Source: Elusimicrobiota bacterium
GTDB lineage: Bacteria > Elusimicrobiota > Elusimicrobia > Elusimicrobiales > UBA9959
Assembly: GCA_016207645.1 (NCBI GenBank)
Contig: JACQPH010000045.1
Coordinates: forward strand, 6,610-70,609
Direction of reading: 5' to 3'
Length of the DNA: 64,000 nucleotides
In this document: positions 17,977 to 25,763 of the stretch, in pieces
Layout of the letters: every line of letters begins with the position of its first letter
Position numbering within the stretch: position 1 is the first letter of the stretch
Notes under the pieces: model-generated
The model's input: the letters and a program-made list of their open reading frames with translations, nothing else
What the model was told of the DNA's origin: nothing
The model's database searches: none
Translations under genes and position numbers: made by a program

Positions 17977-18636
17977 ATGGAGAACCGGGGAAAGCGCCAG
18001 CCGGACGTCTCCGGCTGCAATAAAAACGCGACCTGCCCGAATTCCCTGGGCCGCGCGGAGGGCCTGAGGCGGAGGATGGAAAGCCTGCTCGAAGAAGAAG
18101 GCCTGGCGGCATGGGTCGGCAGGATGCTCCCGGAGCCGGCTTTGGCGAGACACGCTTTCAGGGCCGCAACGGCGGAATGCCCCAACGCCTGTTCCCGGCC
18201 GCAGATAAAGGACTTCGGCGTCATACAGCGCAGCCTCCCCGGAAAAGGCGGGGGAGCCTGCGACAACTGCGGCCTATGCGTAAAAGCCTGCTGCGAATGC
18301 GGAATAACTCTCGATGCAAGAGGGCCCGCGGTAGATCTTGAGCTCTGCGTGCGCTGCGGGGCCTGCGCCAAAGTCTGTCCGACCGGGGCGCTGCGCGCGG
18401 AAAAGAAAGGTTTTTCGGTCTATATCGGCGGCAGGCTCGGCAGGCATCCCAGGCTGGGCGTGGAAGTGCTGGAACTGACGGACGAAGAGGGAGTACTGCT
18501 CGCGCTGAGAGCCGTGGTAAAGGGCTATATCAGGGAAGGCCGGCGCGGGGAGCGGTTCGGCGACCTGGCCGACAGGCTGGGCCTCGGGCGGCTGAAGGCT
18601 GAGATCGAAGCGGCCCTTTCCGGTCAGCCGGCGTGA
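17977..18636 (+). CDS. Truncated sulfite/nitrite-reductase-like Fe-S protein with inserted 2x[4Fe-4S] ferredoxin domain (219 aa)
   Basis: ORF 17917..18636 trimmed to MENRGK, 3 nt after the previous stop. Carries the siroheme-[4Fe-4S] Cys pattern C-x5-C (GCNKNATCPN) .. C-x3-C (ECPNACSRPQIKDFGVI) and the ferredoxin motifs CDNCGLCVKAC / CVRCGACAKVCP. Confidence 0.6.
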   Translation: MENRGKRQPDVSGCNKNATCPNSLGRAEGLRRRMESLLEEEGLAAWVGRMLPEPALARHAFRAATAECPNACSRPQIKDFGVIQRSLPGKGGGACDNCGLCVKACCECGITLDARGPAVDLELCVRCGACAKVCPTGALRAEKKGFSVYIGGRLGRHPRLGVEVLELTDEEGVLLALRAVVKGYIREGRRGERFGDLADRLGLGRLKAEIEAALSGQPA

Positions 18637-18668
18637 ATTTTCGGTCAAATATTCAGGAGGGAACTAAA

Positions 18669-19163
18669 ATGGAAAAGAAACACTCACATGGCGGACACGA
18701 AGCCGGCGGCTGCCCCGGGGCGAAGATGATGGACCTGCGCGAAGAAACGGCCGCCGCTGCCGCGCCGGCGGGGAAGGCCCCTTCGATGCTGCGGCAGTGG
18801 CCGGTGCAGCTGCACCTGATCTCGCCGATGGCGCCGTATTTCCAGAAGGCGGACCTGGTGGTCGCGGCCGACTGCACGGCTTTCGCCTACGGCAATTTCC
18901 ACGCGGAATACCTGAAAGGCAGGGCGGCCGTGATAGCCTGCCCCAAGCTGGACGACGGTCAGGAGGTCTACGTGGAGAAGATCCAGGCCCTGATAGAGGA
19001 CGCCAAGGTCAACACGCTCACCGTGCTGACGATGGAAGTGCCCTGCTGCGGCGGGCTGCTCGCCATGGTGCAGCAGGCCGCGCGCAACGCCAAGAGGAAA
19101 GTCCCGGTAAAGAGCATCGTAGTAGGCATAGGCGGGACGATCAAAAGCGAAGAGTGGGCATAA
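18669..19163 (+). CDS. Conserved Cys-rich redox protein of unknown function (LRQWPVQLHL..AADC..ACPKLDD..VPCCGG family), His-rich N-terminus
   Basis: AGGAGG 9 nt upstream of ATG 18669. I recall seeing this domain fused behind ferredoxin modules in other anaerobes; no characterised function is known to me. Confidence 0.6.
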   Translation: MEKKHSHGGHEAGGCPGAKMMDLREETAAAAAPAGKAPSMLRQWPVQLHLISPMAPYFQKADLVVAADCTAFAYGNFHAEYLKGRAAVIACPKLDDGQEVYVEKIQALIEDAKVNTLTVLTMEVPCCGGLLAMVQQAARNAKRKVPVKSIVVGIGGTIKSEEWA

Positions 19164-19185
19164 GAAGTTTCCGAAGCGAATACGC

Positions 19186-19222
19186 GCCGGCCTTGTCAGC
19201 GGACAGCGCTGACAAGGCCGGC
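19186..19222 (+). other. Perfect 15-16 bp GC-rich hairpin without U-tract between Fe-S genes and qNOR
   Basis: GCCGGCCTTGTCAGC(G) .. (C)GCTGACAAGGCCGGC with a 5-7 nt loop, followed by CTATAGCGG (no T run). Confidence 0.5.
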
Positions 19223-19256
19223 CTATAGCGGCATGTTAGCGGCCGGAGGACAAATA

Positions 19257-21521
19257 ATGGAAGGTCTCAAAAAAGCGGCGATAGCCAGCTTTGTTATCTC
19301 GATGCTCGTTCTGCTCGGCGGAGGGTGGCTGGCCAAAGACAGGGTCCCCCCCTACCCGCTGCAGATCTTCTCCGAAGGGACGGAACTTTCCGGGAAGGCG
19401 GAAATAATCAAGGGCCAGAACGCCTACCAGCGCTACGGCCTGATGGACCTGGGCAGCGTCTGGGGGCACGGGACCCTGCGCGGCCTGGATTTCTCGGCCA
19501 CCACGCTGAACCTGACGGGCCAGTACATGCGGCACTACTACGCCGGGAAGGCGGGCAAAAACTACGCCGCGCTCGACCCCGACGCCGCCGCCGCGATCGA
19601 CGCGAAAGTGATAAGGGAAATAAAGAAGAACAATTACGACCCCGTCACCGGCGTCCTCACTCTCACCCCTGCGCAGGCCTATGCCTTCCTGAAAGTCAGG
19701 GAGTACTGGCGCGAAGCTATGGTGAACGGGAACAACACCTACGGCCTGCAGGCCAAGGCGATGAAGGAGCTGAGCGAAACCGGGACGGTGGGCGACTTCT
19801 TCTTCTGGACCGCCTGGGCCGCCGGGGCCTTGAGGCCCGGCGAGAACTCCACCTACACCAATAACTGGCCGCCCGACGTCACCGTCGGCAACGCCATGAT
19901 GACCGACGCGCTCCTCTGGAGCGTGGCGGGCATCATAGCTTTCTTCATAGTCCTCGGGATAGTCACTTACGCCGTGCACCGCTACCGCATCCTTTACGGC
20001 GAGGAGAAAGCCGTGGAGACCGGCAGCCTGATGCTGAACCTGCCGCTCACCCTGAGCCAGGTCAGGGCGGCCAAGTTCTTCGTGGTAGTGACGGCCCTGT
20101 TCATCCTGCAGACCTGCATGGGCGGCATGCTGGCGCACTATACCGTCAGCCCCGGGACTTTCTTCCCGGACTTCCTGGCCGCGCTGGTCCCTTATACCTG
20201 GGCCAAAAGCTGGCATCTGCAGCTGGCCATTTTCTGGATAGCCACGACGTGGATAGGCGCTTCCATCTACCTGGCCCCCGTCATCAGCGGCAAAGAGCCG
20301 AAAGGGCAGGGCCTGCTCGTCAACATACTCTTCGGCGCGGTAGTGCTGGTGGCCGTGGGCAGCCTCGCGGGCACCGCGCTCGGCTCGAAGGGTTATTTCA
20401 CGGAGAACACCTGGTTCTGGTTCGGCCACCAGGGCTGGGAATTCCTCGAATCCGGCCGGTTCTGGCAATGGCTGCTCTTCGTGGGCCTCATCGCCTGGCT
20501 GGTCATAGTCTACCGCGGCATGAAGGACAAGCTCTTCGGGGCGGACAAGGACAACAGCGGCGTGGTCCTGTTCTACCTGGTGAGCGCCGTCATGGTGGTG
20601 GGCTTCTTCGGCTTCGGTTTCTTCTACGGCAAGGGCTCGCACCTTACCATCTCCGACTACTGGCGCTGGTTCGTGGTGCACCTGTGGGTGGAAGGCATCT
20701 TCGAGTTCTTCGGCGTGGCGATCATCTCCCTCTTCCTAGTGATGCTGGGGCTGGTCAAGAAGGAATCGGCGATGCGGGTGGCTTACTTCAGCGCCATCCT
20801 GGTGTTCGCCAGCGGCATCATCGGCACCGCGCACCATTACTTCTGGTACGGCGGGCCCTCCTACTGGCTGGCCCTGGGCGCGGTGTTCGCCTCGCTCGAA
20901 CCCATACCGATGATCCTGCTGGTCGTCCGGGCCTGGAAGGAATACGGGGCGATAGTGGACGCCGGCAAGGACTTCCCGTACCGCTGGCCGCTGTTCTTCC
21001 TGACGGCGTCGAGCTTCTGGAACTTCCTGGGCGCCGGGATGTTCGGCTTCTCCATCAACCTGCCGATCGTCAATTACTTCGAGCACGGGACGTACCTCAC
21101 GGCGAACCACGGCCATGCCGCCCTGTTCGGCGTCTACGGCATGCTGTCCATCTCGCTGCTGCTGTTCTCCTGGCGCTCGCTGGTCAAGGACGAGTACTGG
21201 AACAACGGCCTGCTGAAGGCTATCTTCTGGCTGCTGAACGGCGGCCTGTTCCTGATGGTGATGTCCGTGCTCCTGCCCGAAGGCCTGATCCAGACCTTCA
21301 TGGTCTACAAGCACGGGGTCTGGTTCGCCCGCAGCCCGGAGTTCTACAACCTGCCGGTCATCCTGCTGCTGAACAGGTTCAGGATCATACCCGACAGCAT
21401 CATCATAGCCGGCGCGGTGCTGCTCGGCTGGTTCCTGGTCTCCACTTACATCCGGATCAAACCGGTGAAGTGCGGCGAAGGGGAGGACATATATTACGGT
21501 AAAAGTTGTAAGATGTTGTAA
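19257..21521 (+). CDS. norZ: Quinol-dependent nitric oxide reductase (qNOR, single-subunit NorZ/NorB type)
   Basis: ~755 aa with an N-terminal periplasmic extension (GQNAYQRYGLMDLGSVWGHG) and 12+ TM helices. Heme-copper-oxidase motifs HLWVEGIFEFF and GTAHHYFWYG. GGAGGA 6 nt upstream of ATG 19257. Confidence 0.9.
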   Translation: MEGLKKAAIASFVISMLVLLGGGWLAKDRVPPYPLQIFSEGTELSGKAEIIKGQNAYQRYGLMDLGSVWGHGTLRGLDFSATTLNLTGQYMRHYYAGKAGKNYAALDPDAAAAIDAKVIREIKKNNYDPVTGVLTLTPAQAYAFLKVREYWREAMVNGNNTYGLQAKAMKELSETGTVGDFFFWTAWAAGALRPGENSTYTNNWPPDVTVGNAMMTDALLWSVAGIIAFFIVLGIVTYAVHRYRILYGEEKAVETGSLMLNLPLTLSQVRAAKFFVVVTALFILQTCMGGMLAHYTVSPGTFFPDFLAALVPYTWAKSWHLQLAIFWIATTWIGASIYLAPVISGKEPKGQGLLVNILFGAVVLVAVGSLAGTALGSKGYFTENTWFWFGHQGWEFLESGRFWQWLLFVGLIAWLVIVYRGMKDKLFGADKDNSGVVLFYLVSAVMVVGFFGFGFFYGKGSHLTISDYWRWFVVHLWVEGIFEFFGVAIISLFLVMLGLVKKESAMRVAYFSAILVFASGIIGTAHHYFWYGGPSYWLALGAVFASLEPIPMILLVVRAWKEYGAIVDAGKDFPYRWPLFFLTASSFWNFLGAGMFGFSINLPIVNYFEHGTYLTANHGHAALFGVYGMLSISLLLFSWRSLVKDEYWNNGLLKAIFWLLNGGLFLMVMSVLLPEGLIQTFMVYKHGVWFARSPEFYNLPVILLLNRFRIIPDSIIIAGAVLLGWFLVSTYIRIKPVKCGEGEDIYYGKSCKML

Positions 21522-21935
21522 ATGGGTACCATATTAAAGATATCGGAAGCGGCGGTGATAGCCGTGCACGCCGTCAACTTCCTCGCGAAAGCGGAAGGAA
21601 GCCCCAGTTCCACCAGGCTCATAGCTTCGGAGCTGGGGGTTTCCTACAATCACCTGACCAAGGTGCTGCAGCGTCTCACCCGGGCGGGCCTGCTGGTGCC
21701 CGGCCGCGGCCCGAAGGGAGGCTTCCTCCTTTCGAAAAAGGCCAGGGCCGGGAAACTGCGGGACGTTTTCGAGGCGATGGAAGGGAAGATGTCCCTTTCG
21801 AACTGCCTGATGAAGACCAAAGCCTGCGGCAGGCCAGGCTGCATCCTGGGGGACCTGATCCCCGAGACCAACCGGAAATTCCGCGAGGCGCTGGACAAGA
21901 AGATAAGCGAGCTGCCGGCGCGGAAGACCTGTTGA
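21522..21935 (+). CDS. Second Rrf2-family regulator (paralog of 16442..16861)
   Basis: ATG directly abuts the qNOR stop. VSYNHLTKVLQRLTRAGLL, RGPKGGF, and the same C-x6-C-x4-C motif (NCLMKTKACGRPGC). Confidence 0.85.
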   Translation: MGTILKISEAAVIAVHAVNFLAKAEGSPSSTRLIASELGVSYNHLTKVLQRLTRAGLLVPGRGPKGGFLLSKKARAGKLRDVFEAMEGKMSLSNCLMKTKACGRPGCILGDLIPETNRKFREALDKKISELPARKTC

Positions 21936-21938
21936 ACT

Positions 21939-22706
21939 ATGCCTCCTAAAAGAAGTTTCCTCGAGGAGACCTACCTGCTCTACAATAAGCCGGAATTCAT
22001 CCACCCCGACCCGCTGGAGTTCGTCTGGCGCTACAAGAGCGGCTCCGACAGGGAAATAGTCGGCCTGATAGCCGCCTGCCTGGCTTACGGCAACGTGACG
22101 CAGATCCTCAAGAGCGTGGAAAAAGTCCTTGGGCCGATGGGCGCCTCGCCGGCCGCCTGGCTTAAAGCCGCCCCCCCGGCCGTCGTTAAAAAGACCTTCG
22201 CCGCATTCAAGCACCGCTTCACTACCGGGGCCGAGCTGGCCGTCTTCCTGCTGAACATAAAGCTCGCCAGGCAAAAGCACGGCTCGCTCGAAAAGCTCTT
22301 CCTACAGGATTACGACAAGGACGAACCCACTGTAGAGCGCGCGATCTACAAATTCATCGACAAGTTCAACGCCGCCGGCTGCGCGCCTTCCCTGACGCCC
22401 TGCCCGGAGCATAAGAGCTCCTTCAAGCGGGTGAACCTGTACCTGCGCTGGATGGTCAGGAAGGACGCGGTGGACCCGGGCGTCTGGACCGGGGTATCCC
22501 CCGCCAAACTGCTGATCCCGCTGGACACCCATATGCGGCAGGTTTCGATGGGCATGGGCATAACCAGAAGGAAGGACACCTCGATGAAGACCGCCGCCGA
22601 GATCACGGCTTACTTCAGGACGGTGGAGCCCGGCGACCCGGTAAAATACGATTTCGCGCTTACCCGCGCCGGGATCAGGAGAAACAACGTAAAAACCCCG
22701 TTGTGA
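21939..22706 (+). CDS. TIGR02757/DUF2400-family uncharacterised protein
   Basis: N-terminal YNKPEFIHPDPLEFVWRY and LIAACLAYGNV recalled as typical of the family. Starts 3 nt after rrf2-2. Confidence 0.7.
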   Translation: MPPKRSFLEETYLLYNKPEFIHPDPLEFVWRYKSGSDREIVGLIAACLAYGNVTQILKSVEKVLGPMGASPAAWLKAAPPAVVKKTFAAFKHRFTTGAELAVFLLNIKLARQKHGSLEKLFLQDYDKDEPTVERAIYKFIDKFNAAGCAPSLTPCPEHKSSFKRVNLYLRWMVRKDAVDPGVWTGVSPAKLLIPLDTHMRQVSMGMGITRRKDTSMKTAAEITAYFRTVEPGDPVKYDFALTRAGIRRNNVKTPL

Positions 22707-22773
22707 TCTATTTTAGTAGAATACTTCGGCGGGGCACGCAGAAAGCCCCGGAGCTGTCGGCAGGAGGAAAGAA

Positions 22774-23346
22774 ATGAAGATCAAAGGTTCCAGGACCGAG
22801 AAGAACCTGCTCGCCGCTTTCGCCGGCGAGTCTCAGGCCCGCAACCGGTACACCTATTTCGCCGGCGCCGCGAAAAAAGAGGGCTATGTGCAGATCAGCC
22901 TGGCCTTCGAAGAGACCGCCTCGCAGGAGAAGGAGCACGCCAAACGCTTCTTCAAGTTCCTGGAAGGCGGCGATCTCAGTATCACGGCGACTTTTCCCGC
23001 CGGCAGGATCGCTGACACCAGGGCGAACCTGAAAGCTTCCGCCGACGGCGAGAAGCACGAATGGGGCACGCTCTACCCGGATTTCGCCAAGACGGCCCGG
23101 GAAGAAGGCTTCGAGCCGGTAGCCAAGGCCTTCGACGCCATCTCGGCGGCCGAGAAACAGCACGAGAAACGCTACCGGGGCTTCCTGAAGAATATCGAAG
23201 AAAGTTCCGTTTTCTGCAAGGCGAAAAAGACGGCCTGGCGCTGCCTTAACTGCGGCTACACTCACGAAGGGACCATTGCTCCGGAAAACTGCCCCGCCTG
23301 CGCCCATCCTAAAGCTTATTTCGAAATGCTTGCCGAGAACTGGTGA
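22774..23346 (+). CDS. rbr: Rubrerythrin
   Basis: N-terminal diiron four-helix domain (EKNLLAAFAGESQARNRY, EKEHAKRF) and C-terminal rubredoxin-like CLNCG..CPAC. Confidence 0.92.
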   Translation: MKIKGSRTEKNLLAAFAGESQARNRYTYFAGAAKKEGYVQISLAFEETASQEKEHAKRFFKFLEGGDLSITATFPAGRIADTRANLKASADGEKHEWGTLYPDFAKTAREEGFEPVAKAFDAISAAEKQHEKRYRGFLKNIEESSVFCKAKKTAWRCLNCGYTHEGTIAPENCPACAHPKAYFEMLAENW

Positions 23347-23396
23347 ATATGCTGAAATGCCGTTAGGCGGGCCCGGGGCTCCCAAAGGACACGATC

Positions 23397-23945
23397 ATGG
23401 ACGAAAACGTAAACGAAGAAGTAAAAAAAGAAGCTGTAAAGCGCACCGTGACCATTAAAGGCCGCCCGTTCACCCTTGTGGGCGACGAGATCAGGGTCGG
23501 CATGTCCGCCCCCGACTTCAAAGTGACGGACAACGACATGCTGCCAATGAAGTTCTCCCGCACCTACGGCGGCAAGGTGGCCGTCATCAGCGTAGTCCAC
23601 TCGCTGGACACTTCTATCTGCGACGTCGAGACCCGCCGCTTCAACAAGGAAGCCGAGGCGCTGGGCCCGGACGTGGGCGTGCTGACCATCAGCATGGACC
23701 TCCCCTTCGCCCAGAAGCGCTGGTGCGGGGCCGCCGGGATAAAAGCCGTGCGCACCTTCTCCGACTACCAGAAGGCCGATTTCGGCAAGTCCTGGGGCGT
23801 CCTGATCAAGGAACTGCGCCTGCTCGCGAGGGCCGTCTTCATCGTGGACAAGGACGGCATAGTGAAATACGCCCAGGTGGTCCCCGAAGTGGCCCAGGAG
23901 CCGGATTACGACGAAATCCTCACCGCCCTGCGGGCGCTGGTATAG
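23397..23945 (+). CDS. tpx: Thiol peroxidase (Tpx-type atypical 2-Cys peroxiredoxin)
   Basis: SAPDFKV, SLDTSICDVE (peroxidatic Cys), AQKRWCGA (resolving Cys). Confidence 0.9.
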   Translation: MDENVNEEVKKEAVKRTVTIKGRPFTLVGDEIRVGMSAPDFKVTDNDMLPMKFSRTYGGKVAVISVVHSLDTSICDVETRRFNKEAEALGPDVGVLTISMDLPFAQKRWCGAAGIKAVRTFSDYQKADFGKSWGVLIKELRLLARAVFIVDKDGIVKYAQVVPEVAQEPDYDEILTALRALV

Positions 23946-23972
23946 ACGAAACCGCTACAAGGAGAAAAACAA

Positions 23973-24353
23973 ATGCCTGAAAAAAGAGAAGTTTACAAAT
24001 GCGAGGTTTGCGGGAACATCGTGGAGGTCCTGCACGGCGGGAAAAGCCCGCTGGACTGCTGCGGCAAGGACATGAAGCCGATGAAAGAGAACACCGTGGA
24101 CGCTTCCAAGGAGAAGCACGTGCCGGTCATAGAGACGACCGACAAGGGGATCAAAGTAAAGATCGGCGCCGTGCCGCATCCGATGGAAGAGAAGCACTTC
24201 ATCGAATGGATCGAACTGGTGGCCGACGGCAAGGTTTTCCGGGAATATCTGAAGCCGGGCATGGCTCCCGAAGCCGTTTTCTGCGTCTGCTTCACCCCCA
24301 AGACTCTGGAGGCGCGGGAATATTGCAACCTGCACGGGTTATGGAAAGCCTGA
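23973..24353 (+). CDS. dfx: Desulfoferrodoxin (2Fe superoxide reductase)
   Basis: Centre I CEVCGN..CCG. Centre II His/Cys ligands ([22 protein letters not shown]). Confidence 0.92.
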   Translation: MPEKREVYKCEVCGNIVEVLHGGKSPLDCCGKDMKPMKENTVDASKEKHVPVIETTDKGIKVKIGAVPHPMEEKHFIEWIELVADGKVFREYLKPGMAPEAVFCVCFTPKTLEAREYCNLHGLWKA

Positions 24354-24367
24354 ACTAAGGAGAAGAA

Positions 24368-24529
24368 ATGAAAAAATACGTCTGCAAGCTTTGCGGCTAC
24401 GTCTATGACCCCGCCGTAGGCGATCCCGACAACAACGTCCCCCCCGGCACGGCCTTCGAGAAGCTGCCCGAAACCTGGGTCTGCCCCGTCTGCGGCGCCG
24501 GCAAGGAAGAGTTCGAAATAGAAGCGTAG
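24368..24529 (+). CDS. Rubredoxin (53 aa; below ORF-track length cutoff)
   Basis: Hand translation: [53 protein letters not shown]. Two CxxCG knuckles. AAGGAG upstream. Confidence 0.92.
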   Translation: MKKYVCKLCGYVYDPAVGDPDNNVPPGTAFEKLPETWVCPVCGAGKEEFEIEA

Positions 24530-24546
24530 TTCGGCTGAACGATAAT

Positions 24547-24575
24547 AAGGCCGGGAGCGATTCCGGCCTTTTTAT
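24547..24575 (+). terminator. Rho-independent terminator of the rbr-tpx-dfx-rubredoxin operon
   Basis: AAGGCCGG-loop-CCGGCCTT followed by TTTTATTTGTTTT. Confidence 0.75.
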
Positions 24576-24786
24576 TTGTTTTACTCATTAAATATGTATA
24601 GGAAGCAGAAGGACAATTAAATCATAGTCACTATAAGCGCGTTTATCGCCAGCTTACTTCGGATTTCCCCTCTTCCTTCCGCACGACTTTCTCAGAAATC
24701 TTACTATTCCCCGGCCCGGCTGGCGGCGGGTGCGGAAATAGTGAAGCTGGCGAACCGGACAAGAGCCTGTCGTGTCAAAAAAGTGA

Positions 24787-25281
24787 TCAAAGGGCGCGCC
24801 GCCAGGCTTTGAGTTTCTCGGGGTAGGGTTTGGAGGCGTGGGCGGGGCTGGTGGAGGGCAGGCGGCGGAACTCCAGGCCGGCGCGCGGGAGGGAAGGCAG
24901 GACGTATTTATTGAAGCATTCTTCGGCCTTCGAGCCGTTGAAGAGAACGCGCCTGATGCCGGGATGCCTGCGCAGGAAGGCCGACAGGTCATTTGGGACT
25001 ACGGAAGACTTTTCTATAGCCGAATCGAGGCTGCCGGGGCGGACGCAGGAGCCGAGGACGTCCCAGAGCGCTATCCCGTTCTTCTTCAGCAGCCGCAGGC
25101 GCGCGGCGTAGGGCAGGGCCGGGTCGAAGCCCAGGAGCTCGCCCAGCAGGCGCCGGAAGGCGTTGCGGGGATGCGCGTAGTATTGCCCGGCCGCCAGGGA
25201 GGCGCGCCCGGGCATGCTGCCGAGGATAAGAACCCTCGCGGCTGACTCCACCACGGGTTTAAAACCGCGGACTCTGCGCAT
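24787..25281 (-). CDS. Uracil-DNA-glycosylase superfamily protein, family 6-like (DNA-deoxyinosine/hypoxanthine glycosylase)
   Basis: ORF 24787..25503 trimmed to MRRVRGFKPV. ILGSMPGRASL and QYYAHPRNAF motifs. ~165 aa. Confidence 0.7.
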   Translation of the reverse strand: MRRVRGFKPVVESAARVLILGSMPGRASLAAGQYYAHPRNAFRRLLGELLGFDPALPYAARLRLLKKNGIALWDVLGSCVRPGSLDSAIEKSSVVPNDLSAFLRRHPGIRRVLFNGSKAEECFNKYVLPSLPRAGLEFRRLPSTSPAHASKPYPEKLKAWRRAL

Positions 25282-25339
25282 AGCCCATTCTCCAGCGCCC
25301 CGGATTTTATCTATAATACAAAAAGCCCCGGGGCGAAAT

Positions 25340-25750
25340 ATGCACGGATCCGTTCTGATAATCGACGACGACGAGGACCTCTCGGTCATACTGGCGGATT
25401 TCCTGCAGTCGAAGGGGTTCACGGTCGCCAGGGCGCCCGACGGCGCGACCGGCCTGGCGAAAGCCAGGGAAATGCTGCCCGACCTGATAACCCTGGACTT
25501 CAATATGCCCGACGAGAACGGCGTCGAGACCTACAACCGGCTGCGGAATAACCCGGAGACCGCGGTCATCCCGGTCATCTTTTTCTCCTCCACGCTGACG
25601 GGGCTCATAAAGCGGATGGTGCTGGAAAACCCGAGGGTTAAATTCCTTAAAAAAGGCTGCACCCCGAAAGAGCTGGAGCAATATGTCGAGGAAATGATGG
25701 CCTTGCCCAAACCTGAGCCGCCGCCCGCACCTCCTCCCGACAGGACGTGA
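25340..25750 (+). CDS. Stand-alone response regulator receiver with Pro-rich tail
   Basis: ORF 25214..25750 trimmed to MHGSVLIIDDDED. TLDFNMPDENG phospho-acceptor region. C-terminal PKPEPPPAPPP. Confidence 0.85.
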   Translation: MHGSVLIIDDDEDLSVILADFLQSKGFTVARAPDGATGLAKAREMLPDLITLDFNMPDENGVETYNRLRNNPETAVIPVIFFSSTLTGLIKRMVLENPRVKFLKKGCTPKELEQYVEEMMALPKPEPPPAPPPDRT

Positions 25751-25763
25751 AACCTCTTACAGG

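Noticed and set aside
19257-21521. qNOR homolog as a possible NO dismutase (Nod) or other divergent HCO
   Set aside because: The canonical catalytic motifs are intact (HLWVEG with Glu, HHYFWYG with both His, N-terminal qNOR-type extension). I see none of the substitutions I recall for Nod-like proteins. A formal alignment would be needed to be certain.
24576-24786. About 210-bp non-coding, partly AT-rich spacer after the rubredoxin terminator, as a possible sRNA or riboswitch
   Set aside because: Only weak 4-bp hairpins are present (GACA..TGTC). There is no recognisable Rfam-like motif, promoter/terminator pair or downstream gene in sense orientation. The evidence is too weak to call.
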